Source: Nitrosopumilus sp. (GTDB taxonomy: Archaea > Thermoproteota > Nitrososphaeria > Nitrososphaerales > Nitrosopumilaceae). From it: 64,000 nucleotides of DNA. Below are positions 19,601 through 27,755 of the stretch, piece after piece; position 1 is the stretch's first letter, and each line of letters begins with the position of its first letter. The stretch spans positions 1,024,001 to 1,088,000 of the forward strand of contig OZ242220.1 in NCBI GenBank assembly GCA_965206745.1. The letters are read 5' to 3'. The position numbers and the translations under genes were made by a program. The notes under the pieces are model-generated. The model saw only the letters and a program-made list of their open reading frames with translations, ran no database searches and was not told the origin of the DNA.

Positions 19601-22101
19601 AAAATTTCTGAAGGAAGGGAGGTCGAGGGATCCATCACAGGTGCCCGATTATCGATATTTACCGTAATTGTGGCAGTCTGTTCATCTGATATTCCAGAGC
19701 CATCCTGATACGTCCAACCAAACTCAAAGACTGCAGAGCTTGGCGTGCCAGTTACCGTGTCAAATGGAATGGTGCCTCTAAACGTACCATTGGTTGCATA
19801 TAGGGAATCGATGATGTCTTGGGTCAGGTTGCCAGATACTATTGTATAGTCAGATATGAGGTCTGGTGGATCCTCAAGGGGGTTTGTAACCACTGTAGAC
19901 AGAGAAGGGAGGGATTGGCCCTCTTGTACTGTCTGGACATATGCATCAAAGGTCGGAGGCATGTTTGTGCTGACACCGACTATAATGGTTCCAGATAGCA
20001 CTGCCTCATTTAGCGATGGATCAGTGGCAGTACAGGTAACAAAAGTAGCGCCAACAGACAGCAGATGGCCGTTTGCTATACTAGTGCCGTTCTCCCGAGT
20101 GCATGCAACATCTGGTTCTTGATTTTGGTCATTGTCAGTTACTTGAACAAACTCAGCACTAGTTCCAGTGGAATTGTCAGTTATCAGCAAAGTGACAAAT
20201 GAGATTACCGGTTTTATATCATCAACCACTGCAACATCCAGAGTGTCCATTCCGGTCATCTCATCTGTCCTATCTGTCACTCTAACTTCCACCTCATATG
20301 ATTGGCCAATCAGGGAATGCGGAGGGTTCCAGGTCAGTTGACCGTCATTTGAAATTCCCACTCCTGGATTTTCAACCGCATCACCAGACTGGAGAATTCG
20401 GAGGATCTCCCAATCCAGATTGTCTGGATCAACATCAGGGACGGCCATAACATACTCAGTGGACTGGCCTGATGGGAAATCAAGCGGCACCCCATCACCT
20501 GCCAGAATGCTCAGGGCATCAAACTTTGCTATATCAAATACATGAACCAAGGGCAGGGACTGTGCCCCGGTAATGTCAGTTAGCAAAAATTCAAACGTGA
20601 TGCTGGTACTGCCATGCTCAGGTATCGGGGTAAATGTGAATTCCCCAGTCTCTGCAGCAATCTTTGCACCATCAACTGAAGATGCTATGCTCCACAGTAT
20701 GACATCCCCGTCAGGATCCGAGCCCTTCAAATCAAATGATACAGGCTCATTTATTGAAAGTTCTGTTGCAGGGACAGTGTCTGGAATGGGATCAATCACA
20801 GGGATTCTATTTGTGTGGTTTACTGTTATTGTGCCACTCTGTTCATCGGACTCCCTGGTGCCATCCTCAAAGGTCCAACCAAATGCAAAGGTCAGGGAGT
20901 TTTGCAAGCTAGATACAGTATCAAATGGAACAGGTGTTGAGAATCTGCCAGTTGTAAAATTCAGGGAATCTGTCATGGCATCTGTCAGATTTCCGGATTT
21001 GATTCGGTATATTGACACATGATCGGGCGGATCCTCAAGTGGGTTTGTAACTACTGTAAAGAGGGCAGGCATTGTCGCATTTTCAGATACCGTTTGGCTG
21101 TATACATCAAATGTTGGCAATACATTCGAGATTACTTCAAATGTATGGGATACAGTTTCAGATAGGTTGCCAGAATCAGTCAAGACAAAGTCAATTGTAA
21201 TAGAGGCATTTACATGCTCAAGTCTCGGAGTAAATGTGAATGCCCCAGTCTCTGCATTGAGCGTTGTGCCCTCAACTAAAGGAGTCATGCTCCATAGTGA
21301 GACATCCCCATCAGGATCCGAGCCCTTCAAATCAAATGACACATGCTCGTTTATCGAAGGTGTTCTGGTAACAGCATCTGGAATAGGCTCTATTACTGGA
21401 GGTCGGTTGACATTGCGTACCTGTATAGAACTCGTAATATTCTCATGCATCACGTCGCCGTTCTCATATGACCAAATAAATTCAAATTTTTTGCGGCCTT
21501 GCTCAATGTTTGTCGTATCAAACGGAAAAGATGCTGAGAATTCGCCGGTTCTTGGATTCAGAGAATCTATGATGCTTTGAGACAGATTGCCAGATGTGAT
21601 GGTATATGTGGACTGGGATTGATCTGAAGATGAGTGTCTAACCACGGTAAAAAGACTCGGAATGGTTCTATTCTCAAACACCATTTTGCTGTATTCATCA
21701 ATGAGTGCCAGCTCCGGTACGTTCTCATCTATAATCAGATCAAAGTTTCTTACAGCAAAATTACCTCCTTGAGCGTATAAAATTACAACGACAGAACACC
21801 TCTTGCCTAGATCTGAACTAGTCGGTATCCACTGAAACAGCCCAGTATCATCAATGTTCTCAGAATTTACAGCACAGTTCTCACTTGAAACGCTCCAAAT
21901 ATTGCCCAGAGGATCGCCACTAGAAGTAAATTGAAATGAAACTTGGCTTGTTATGGAATGCGTCCTGTCAGACTCTGTAAATTGGGATGGAGGTATTATG
22001 GATACGGAACTTTGGGCAAAGGCTGGAATAACAGCAAAAGAGAAGATGAGACATATTGCAATCATATGTACTCTTTTCATAAAAAGTACTAAAATCTTCA
22101 A
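13687..22101 (-). CDS. giant secreted adhesin-like surface protein with cadherin/Ig-like and about 20 tandem HYR-type domains
   Basis: Signal peptide ending PAFA; SDPDGD cadherin-like modules; tandem P.I..P.D...EATG...FP.G.T.VT.TA.D HYR units; unique C-terminal beta domain ending FLIDNFYLG. Confidence 0.88.
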   Translation of the reverse strand: MKILVLFMKRVHMIAICLIFSFAVIPAFAQSSVSIIPPSQFTESDRTHSITSQVSFQFTSSGDPLGNIWSVSSENCAVNSENIDDTGLFQWIPTSSDLGKRCSVVVILYAQGGNFAVRNFDLIIDENVPELALIDEYSKMVFENRTIPSLFTVVRHSSSDQSQSTYTITSGNLSQSIIDSLNPRTGEFSASFPFDTTNIEQGRKKFEFIWSYENGDVMHENITSSIQVRNVNRPPVIEPIPDAVTRTPSINEHVSFDLKGSDPDGDVSLWSMTPLVEGTTLNAETGAFTFTPRLEHVNASITIDFVLTDSGNLSETVSHTFEVISNVLPTFDVYSQTVSENATMPALFTVVTNPLEDPPDHVSIYRIKSGNLTDAMTDSLNFTTGRFSTPVPFDTVSSLQNSLTFAFGWTFEDGTRESDEQSGTITVNHTNRIPVIDPIPDTVPATELSINEPVSFDLKGSDPDGDVILWSIASSVDGAKIAAETGEFTFTPIPEHGSTSITFEFLLTDITGAQSLPLVHVFDIAKFDALSILAGDGVPLDFPSGQSTEYVMAVPDVDPDNLDWEILRILQSGDAVENPGVGISNDGQLTWNPPHSLIGQSYEVEVRVTDRTDEMTGMDTLDVAVVDDIKPVISFVTLLITDNSTGTSAEFVQVTDNDQNQEPDVACTRENGTSIANGHLLSVGATFVTCTATDPSLNEAVLSGTIIVGVSTNMPPTFDAYVQTVQEGQSLPSLSTVVTNPLEDPPDLISDYTIVSGNLTQDIIDSLYATNGTFRGTIPFDTVTGTPSSAVFEFGWTYQDGSGISDEQTATITVNIDNRAPVMDPSTSLPSEILVNQRIAHTFTGSDPDGDAVRWSLANPIVGAFLADDGYFTFASRPAYGNTSVTVEIILTDIHGAETSLVHVFNVGDIEVIYIFDSNLPFVFTSGQPKEYLMLDDRTPDPDDLSWNIRHVHQDSSRVENPGMMLSDGGQLTWNPPHSLIDESYEVTLGFTSKSSNRTGHDSIRIHVADKTSPVISFATVLTADSSTGTRADFVQVTDNHPTQEPDVVCIMAGGTVITNGDLLSVGSHIIACTAIDADLNQMARVGTVLVDYVAPMLVLPPDVVIEATGTLTSVNIGNATVANDTDSTITNDAPAFFPLGDTSVTWMARDSFENMVTGIQTVTIQDTTAPTITVPIDITAEATGQLTSLDIVSPTASDIVDPDVAITHDAPDSFPVGITLITYTATDDFDNFVTATQRVIIRDTTNPVLVLPPDVMAEATGVMSDVDIGTATVSDNLGSVNATHDAPASFPLGETMVTWTARDGADNTVTAIQRVTVRDTTAPIITLPDDVTAEAIGALTSVDIGSPTASDVVDSDVTITHDAPDLFPVGITEVTYTATDDSDNFATDTQKIIIQDTVDPVLVLPPDVVIEATGTLTSVNIGNATVSDNLGLVNATHDAPDSFPLGETMVTWTARDGAENTVTAIQRIIVRDTTNPTITVPIDITAEATGQLTSLDIGSPTASDIVDTDVTITHDAPDSFPVGITEVTWTATDDSDNFATDTQKIIIQDTVDPVLVLPPDVVIEATGIQTSVDIGTATVTSGTASTTITHDAPSSFPLGETMVTWTARDGADNTVTAIQRVTVRDTTNPTITVPIDITAEATGQLTSLDIVSPTASDIVDPDVAITHDAPDSFPVGTTIVTCIATDDSGNFATATLRVTIQDTTDPVIILPPDVVIEATGIQTSVDIGTVIVADNLGSVNATNDAPDSFPLGETMVTWTARDGADNTVTATQRIIVRDTTDPTITVPDSIVAEATGQLSDVNIGNPTASDIVDSDVAITHDAPDLFPIDTLIVTYTATDDSGNSATAIQRVTIQDTTKPVIVAPDDISLEVTGLLSMIQLGTATATDTVDATPVITSDAPTSFLVGTTIVTYTATDDSGNFATDTQKIIIQDTTDPVLVLPSDIIIEASGIQTSVNIGTATVTDNAGSITATNDAPDSFPLGETMVTWTARDGADNTVTAIQRVTVRDTTDPIIAIPHNIIAEATGTLTSLDIGSPSARDIVDTDVAITHDAPDSFPVGMTLITYTATDDSGNIVTATQRVTIRDITDPILDLPPDVTTEATGILTSVDIGTATVTDNVDSINATNDAPDSFPLGETMVTWTARDGADNTVTAIQRVTVRDTTNPTITVPIDITAEATGQLTPLDIGSPTARDIVDSDVAIIHDAPDSFPVGTTIVTCIATDDSGNFVTATQRVTIRDTTKPVIVAPDDISLEVTGLLSMIQLGTATATDTVDATPVITSDAPTSFLAGTTTVTWTATDDSDNFATDTQKIIIQDTTNPVLVLPSDIIIEATGILTSVNIGTAAVTDNTDSVNATNDAPDSFPLGETIVTWSARDGAENTVTAIQRVTVRDTTNPIIAVPHNIIAEATGQLTPLDIGSPAARDIVDTDVAITHDAPDSFPVGMTLITYTATDDSGNFVTATQRVTIRDITDPILDLPPDVTTEATGILTSVDIGTATVTDNVDSVNATNDAPDSFPLGETIVTWTARDSLGNTASATQSIMIQDTTNPVFVNFPDDVMVFSAERIPVDFENSTATDLFTVTILCNYHSGESFSVGSTTVICTATDANHNSVQDTFTVTVTPPEFESIIDAFENKGSWNYFEFVHKSDRQNTFSNYKFKIINSSPIYDPHLPYALVTGQGFNINAGITRNISLENYSSDDLLYIGVDYDVSGLFYDLRRQNIYLEIKDQSGNTLYKNNIYPPNNRHAGWHTFNTDISEHIFRQDDITVQLYFVDHSYQSSHHSFLIDNFYLGTDPPTSISSNLG
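14466..18825 (-). repeat. intragenic tandem array of 19 HYR-type units (228/231 bp)
   Basis: Near-identical DNA blocks recur at 459-bp spacing (17101/17560/18019/18478) and 1149-bp spacing (14803/15952; 15316/16465). Confidence 0.92.
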
Positions 22102-22482
22102 TAATATAACCTATTTTAAATTTAAAATTTAAAATTTTCAATTTATCGTTCAAAAATGTGGAATTTTTTTTAGAGCCAATGGCAGTCTATTTTGAGTCTC
22201 GATTCTGCCAATCAAACCACTCTGCATCACCCTTCCCTTACCTGATATCACGATTATCATGGTTTAGGGCAAAACTTGAATTTCAGATAAGAGTATCTCG
22301 TTTTGCCATATGGTCGATTCAAGACAAATGTGATCAAGAATTCCATCCCCGAACGTGATCCTTGTTTGAAATTCCACCTGTTTTTTGCATACTGTATACC
22401 CATGGCAGAATCCCCATCAAAATCCAGCAGAACAGATACATCCTTCCAAATCATGCAACAGCATCAGATGTATCCTGAAAAA

Positions 22483-25143
22483 CTAGTCGGGTCCAAATGC
22501 CAAAAAGAACTCCTTTGCGCCATTTTTGGATAGTTCCTTATTTTTTGTCTGGCAGTAGTTTGTGATGAATGTGCATTTTGGACACCCGCCCCAGTTCTTC
22601 TCATCTCCCTGACTTTTGTCAGTCGGACAGTCGCAGTCACTTACAAGCAAGCGGCCAGTATCCAGTATTTTTTCAAATTCATCATGGATTATTTTACTGC
22701 ACCCGTTAAACCCGTCCGATGAGTTGTCATAAATGTAGATCACCCCTTTTTCATAATACACATCAATGTCACCGGACTCTGCCTTTGTCAGAATCTTACT
22801 TGCATTGACTAGAACGTGCGATATGGTGTGGACCGAGGGATCACTGACTATCGGACTCTTTGAGTCAAAAGCGTGTTTTGAGACAAATTCCGGAGGGAGT
22901 GTTATACCAACTGCAGAGTGCCTTGACTTCCAATGAAAGTTTCGCCATCCCGATATGCTGGCACCATCATACATCTGATATTTCTCCACAGTCTCATTAT
23001 AATTCCCCTTCATGTAGCCTGTAATGGTCCTGTCAAGTGAGATTGTCCCATAGCGCAGGGATATCTGCCTTCCCCGGACATTAATCTCCCGGCACACTGC
23101 TTGGGATGTCTGAATGATTGCAGTCTGGACTATGGGGATTGTTCTCTTTTGTCTTTCGTGTGATTTTACAAGATACGCCCTTGCGCCATTTTTGGATTTT
23201 ATCAGCGAGCTTACCTCATAGTTTTGCTTGTTAAAGTGGTAGATTGCCTTCTGGTGCAGTTGATAGTACCCCACAGGGACTCCACGGGTACCAATCTTTC
23301 TCGAGTTATAATAAATTTGAATCTCATCTGATGCTCCTCTCAAATTGACACTGCCTGCAAAATCAAAGAATAGTGATTTGTCTGACTCGCAGGCAGCACG
23401 GTCTTCAACACCTATTGACTCTTTGTGTTTCTCAGAGATGATCGAATTGTCCTTGTTAATTGAAATGACATGGTCCTGTGAGAGATATTCGTCAATGTGG
23501 CGTGCAAAGTAGTGGCATGCCGCATCGTCTGGATCAAAGACGCAGATGGCATAGGATCTCTGACCCTTTCTTCCTGCCCTGCCTATCCTCTGGATAAAGG
23601 AGTCAAACTCATTTTTGAATGCAGAGATCACCACATCCACGTGCCCTATGTCTATTCCCAACTCCATAGTCGGCGTGCATGATAGGACATCTAGCTCGCC
23701 TGCCTTCATCTGGGATTCGCACAGCTTTCTGTCCCTCTGATCAAGGCCGCCCCTGTGAATCTGAACCCGGATTCCCCCGTTTGTTTCTTGAAGATTTGAT
23801 GCCAAAAACTCTGCATCATTGTGGGAGTTGCTAAAGACCAGCTGTACAGAATCGCTCCTGTGACAGATTGATGAGAGCATCTCCATCGTGGTCCTCTGCT
23901 TGAATTTTCTGGGCATCACAAAGAGCATGTGCATGTCCTGTTTTCGCCTGAACTTGCTTTTGATGTATGTAAATGAGCTTTCAGGCAGATCAAACATGCT
24001 TGAGAAGAACTCTTTAGAGTTATCCAGCGTGGCAGACGAGCCGACAAACTGAACTGCACCCATGTATCTCTTCATCCTTTTTAGCACGTGGTACACGTTT
24101 GAACCATGAAAACTCGTGTAGGAATGTGCCTCATCCATCACCATAATCTTTGCACCCTTGAATAGTTCATTCCATTTTCTGTCCTGCAAAATCAGGTGAT
24201 AGTTGATAAAATCAAAATTCGTTGCGATGATCAGGGACTTTTGACTCGCATCAGAGAGTATCATGTCCTTGTATTGCACACTCTGACCGCCGTGAATCGA
24301 ATACACTGCAACCTTGTCAGACAGATTGCATCTTTGAATCAGCTCTGAGATCTTTGACACCTGGTCGTCAATTAGCGCATTTAGTGGATACACAAGTAAT
24401 GCAGAGACGCCAACATCAGTGTTCTCTGAGACCTTTTGCAGTATTGGGATTGCAAACGCCTCAGTTTTTCCAGAACCGGTAGGTGCTGAGATTATGGAAT
24501 TCTCTCCCTTTAGAATCGCCCTCACTGACTCTTCCTGAAATGGCAGCAGTCCTGCAAACCCGTACTCTTTCAACCCATGGATGATATTCTCAGATAGCAC
24601 GTCACTTAGAGACTCAAGTGGGATCTTTTCAGATTCTGATGCGACCAATTTTTCATAGTGAATCAGCGCAAGGGATTCCTCCTTGTGTCCTTGAATGATT
24701 TCCCGGATTATCGGGTCATCATCAGTTAAGGATTTTGGAATTTTGGAGACATCATACATGATGCTTGCAGGCAATGGAACTTTCTCTTCAGGTTCCTTTG
24801 GAACGGGTTCTGTATTTTCAGTCTCATCAGGACGGTACAGGGAGTCTGACTGAGTTGGACCGTCACACCTGTGGGGCTCATCAGTCCTTGAATCTATCGG
24901 GATGAATTTTCCGCTGTCGGATTTGAATACCTCATCCCAGTAAATCTCTGCCCCGCAGCCCTTGAAGCACTGCTTTGTCTTTCCAGAATGATTCAGGGCA
25001 TAGGATGGCATCTTTGAGAGGATCTTGTCAGGATTACACTTGGGACAGACCCCCGGACCTGCTACATCCTCATGGCTTTGCACCAGCCTAGAATCACAGT
25101 CAGAACAAAACTTCATGAATGAACTTTTAGACGAAACTGCCAT
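22483..25143 (-). CDS. DEAD/DEAH-box helicase with C-terminal DUF1998 Zn-binding domain (MrfA/Hrq1/SftH-like)
   Basis: APTGSGKT, DEAH, SAT, QRIGRAGR; C-terminal CDC...GCPKC...C; N-terminal Cys clusters. Confidence 0.88.
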   Translation of the reverse strand: MAVSSKSSFMKFCSDCDSRLVQSHEDVAGPGVCPKCNPDKILSKMPSYALNHSGKTKQCFKGCGAEIYWDEVFKSDSGKFIPIDSRTDEPHRCDGPTQSDSLYRPDETENTEPVPKEPEEKVPLPASIMYDVSKIPKSLTDDDPIIREIIQGHKEESLALIHYEKLVASESEKIPLESLSDVLSENIIHGLKEYGFAGLLPFQEESVRAILKGENSIISAPTGSGKTEAFAIPILQKVSENTDVGVSALLVYPLNALIDDQVSKISELIQRCNLSDKVAVYSIHGGQSVQYKDMILSDASQKSLIIATNFDFINYHLILQDRKWNELFKGAKIMVMDEAHSYTSFHGSNVYHVLKRMKRYMGAVQFVGSSATLDNSKEFFSSMFDLPESSFTYIKSKFRRKQDMHMLFVMPRKFKQRTTMEMLSSICHRSDSVQLVFSNSHNDAEFLASNLQETNGGIRVQIHRGGLDQRDRKLCESQMKAGELDVLSCTPTMELGIDIGHVDVVISAFKNEFDSFIQRIGRAGRKGQRSYAICVFDPDDAACHYFARHIDEYLSQDHVISINKDNSIISEKHKESIGVEDRAACESDKSLFFDFAGSVNLRGASDEIQIYYNSRKIGTRGVPVGYYQLHQKAIYHFNKQNYEVSSLIKSKNGARAYLVKSHERQKRTIPIVQTAIIQTSQAVCREINVRGRQISLRYGTISLDRTITGYMKGNYNETVEKYQMYDGASISGWRNFHWKSRHSAVGITLPPEFVSKHAFDSKSPIVSDPSVHTISHVLVNASKILTKAESGDIDVYYEKGVIYIYDNSSDGFNGCSKIIHDEFEKILDTGRLLVSDCDCPTDKSQGDEKNWGGCPKCTFITNYCQTKNKELSKNGAKEFFLAFGPD

Positions 25144-25353
25144 TAATGAACATACGATATTCTATGATTACCCAGTGTGCAGATTATCAGACACACTTAA
25201 GACAACGTTTTGGGCATGAGAGTCATGGGATGGAAGAGAACCTTGAGTAAGTTTTGCATCATTAAAAAGGTCCGAGACAGGGCAGACGAGCCTGACTCGA
25301 AATAGTTCCAAGTCAATTGAAAAATTATTAATCAATCCAGCCTAGTTCTGACT

Positions 25354-25761
25354 ATGCCCCTAGATAAGATGCCCGATCCCGATGAATTCATTCCGACTCA
25401 CAACTCTAGGGTTTTGCACGTAAAGGGGAGTCCCGTAGCATGCATAATTGACAGCCAGAATGATTCAAGATATGCATCATTGTCCAACGATCCATCCCTG
25501 AGGGCAAGCTTGACTGGATTTTTGAACAAGCATGACGATCTGGGCTTGCTGATGGGATTCCAGTTAAAGATACAGACAGATACAGAGCACTTTGCCTATA
25601 CTATATATCCTGACGAGCAGTTTATCGATACCGTGATTTTTGATGAGGCAATTCACATCATCAATGATTCCATGGAGAGTCTCTTCTCGCTGAGAAGGAT
25701 CATAACGGATCAATTTGTAAAGACAAGATCAGAGTTTGAAAAGTTCAAAAAGGCACTCTAA
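25354..25761 (+). CDS. hypothetical protein
   Basis: 135-aa ORF with ATG start and upstream AT-rich TATA-like sequence. Confidence 0.7.
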   Translation: MPLDKMPDPDEFIPTHNSRVLHVKGSPVACIIDSQNDSRYASLSNDPSLRASLTGFLNKHDDLGLLMGFQLKIQTDTEHFAYTIYPDEQFIDTVIFDEAIHIINDSMESLFSLRRIITDQFVKTRSEFEKFKKAL

Positions 25762-25801
25762 TTCCAAATCATTCAATAACCACCAGAACTAAAAACTTTC
25801 A

Positions 25802-26467
25802 ATGTCAAGTTTTGCACAGATGCTAAGGGCTCGAGAGCCGACACTGTTGGATAGGGAGGATGGGCACTGGTATCAGACCAAGTCTGATAAAATCTATCCT
25901 TCAATTAGCACCGTTCTCTCTGCAACGGCCCCCGAACACAAGAAGGTCGGACTGCAGTCATGGAAAGAGAGCGAGCCGGCCCACAAATACATCACAAATC
26001 AGGCCCAGGATATAGGCATGCAGTCCCACAAAATCATAGAAGACTATCTCAATGACAGCCTGTCTTTGGATGGATTTGACTTGCTGCCCATTGCCCATTT
26101 TAATAATTTAAAACCATATCTTGAAAAGGTCTCAGAGGTGGCATGCATTGAACAGAGAATGTATTCAGAGAGGCTCAGGGTTGCAGGAACCAGCGACCTG
26201 ATTGCAAAGTATGACGGGGAGCTATCCATCATAGATTACAAGACAAAGCGCAAGCCCCAGATTGACAGATACATGCACGAGTATTACATGCAAACTACAT
26301 GCTATGCGCACATGTTTGAGGAGGCAACGAATCAAAAGATCAGCCAGATAGTGATTCTAGTCAGCAGTGAGAAAAACACAAGGCAGGAATTCATCAAGAC
26401 ATGCGATGAATATGTCAAACCCATGATGGAGCGGGTTGAGGGATACTATCTGAACAACCTGCAATAG
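25802..26467 (+). CDS. PD-(D/E)XK nuclease (RecB/Cas4/MGME1-like exonuclease)
   Basis: YPSISTVL, G..SH, IE, AGTSD, IIDYKT, YYMQ..CYA motifs. Confidence 0.85.
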   Translation: MSSFAQMLRAREPTLLDREDGHWYQTKSDKIYPSISTVLSATAPEHKKVGLQSWKESEPAHKYITNQAQDIGMQSHKIIEDYLNDSLSLDGFDLLPIAHFNNLKPYLEKVSEVACIEQRMYSERLRVAGTSDLIAKYDGELSIIDYKTKRKPQIDRYMHEYYMQTTCYAHMFEEATNQKISQIVILVSSEKNTRQEFIKTCDEYVKPMMERVEGYYLNNLQ

Positions 26468-26726
26468 ATCAAAGAAAAGCATCGATTTGCCCAAAATCCC
26501 AGGCATGTTTCCAAGTCGCAGACCAAATCACAGATGTATCGAGGATTCCACTTCCTTGCATCCATAGATTACGCATCAAAATGCAAGGAGACAGATTAAA
26601 GATATCAGGGACAGGAACTGTTGCAAGACCAGAGACAGGAGGACACTGCAGGAGATGTACTGGCAATGAAGAAATTTGGCAATATCACTTGAAGGCAGTC
26701 ATATTTTATCGAGTCAATTCAGGGTC

Positions 26727-27077
26727 TTATTCATTCCAAATTGCCTGGGTTTTCAGCCATGCAATGAGGTCTTGGTAGAGTCTGCTTTTTTGCATGTCCA
26801 GTATCCCGATTTCAAGGTTAGTCGAGGATTTTACCGTCTTTGTATATTTCTCATAAACTGCAAAAATTACTTTGTCAAGAAACATCTCATTTTGCATCTC
26901 CTTTTTTGCCAATTCCTCAGATTCAGTCATTGCAAAGCTTGCAAAGAGTACCCCATCCACCCAATACGCATTGGCAGCTTCCAATGAGGACATCATGGCG
27001 ATAAGATCGTCTATGCTTAGCTTTATCATGTCTCGGACATAGATCCTCTCATATGGCCGGTGGACAAACTCTGTCAT
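26727..27077 (-). CDS. conserved archaeal hypothetical protein
   Basis: MTEFVHRPYERIYVRD...YWVDGVLF pattern; start reassigned to ATG 27077. Confidence 0.65.
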   Translation of the reverse strand: MTEFVHRPYERIYVRDMIKLSIDDLIAMMSSLEAANAYWVDGVLFASFAMTESEELAKKEMQNEMFLDKVIFAVYEKYTKTVKSSTNLEIGILDMQKSRLYQDLIAWLKTQAIWNE

Positions 27078-27147
27078 GATCTGATACCTTTTGCTTGGTT
27101 TAAAGAACATTTGGAAATTTTATAACTGGTTTATCCCAAACGGTATC

Positions 27148-27378
27148 ATGAGTGATTCGTCGGATGATTCTTCAGGACATGACACGTTTGTGACAGAGTT
27201 CCCAAAAAAGGGATTCGGGATTGTGGACTATCTTCAAGGAAGGGTTCATTTTTCCATCATGGACCAGATGAAATTGATGCACAAATCCGGAATGACCCAG
27301 GCACAGATAAGGGAGAGCATACTTGCAAGTGTAACTGACATCATTGATAACTTTGAGCCAGAGTCAAAGAGTCCTTGA
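27148..27378 (+). CDS. hypothetical protein
   Basis: ATG at 27148 (MSDSSDD), divergent from the previous gene. Confidence 0.55.
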   Translation: MSDSSDDSSGHDTFVTEFPKKGFGIVDYLQGRVHFSIMDQMKLMHKSGMTQAQIRESILASVTDIIDNFEPESKSP

Positions 27379-27494
27379 TTCTAGACGGGATGATTCGGCC
27401 ATGATTATTTTGTGACACTGGCAGTGACAGTTGGTATGTGGCATGTCATGATTCATCCTGTAGTTACATGCTTTGGTGTGTTCAATGTTTGACA

Positions 27495-27590
27495 TTAGCT
27501 TTGACTGTCTTTCATGCAGAACTCTTTTTGTCCCTCATCATTTACAACAATGTGACAATCACAACTTGGACATTTTACTATCTTTGCCAT
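27495..27590 (-). CDS. 31-aa Cys-rich peptide (possible microprotein or gene fragment)
   Basis: MAKIVKCPSCDCHIVVNDEGQKEFC. Confidence 0.3.
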   Translation of the reverse strand: MAKIVKCPSCDCHIVVNDEGQKEFCMKDSQS

Positions 27591-27755
27591 GCTGAATCCT
27601 TCTGGCTTTCTGTATTTATGAGATTTCCTATAATTAATAATATGTGAAATATGATTATTAAGCTTTTTAATAATTTTTAATAACTTTCTCTTTTTCATAT
27701 ATAGATGGTTATTAAGAATTTACATATTTATTAATAACATTAGAACAATGCAAGC

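Noticed and set aside
13852-21580. Many + strand ORFs rich in V/S/T
   Set aside because: Antisense shadows of the repetitive 2804-aa gene
13687-22101. Diversity-generating retroelement acting on the adhesin
   Set aside because: No reverse transcriptase in the window, and repeat differences are not confined to adenines
25802-26467. Cas4 / CRISPR adaptation gene
   Set aside because: Lacks the four-Cys Fe-S motif; no cas1, cas2 or array
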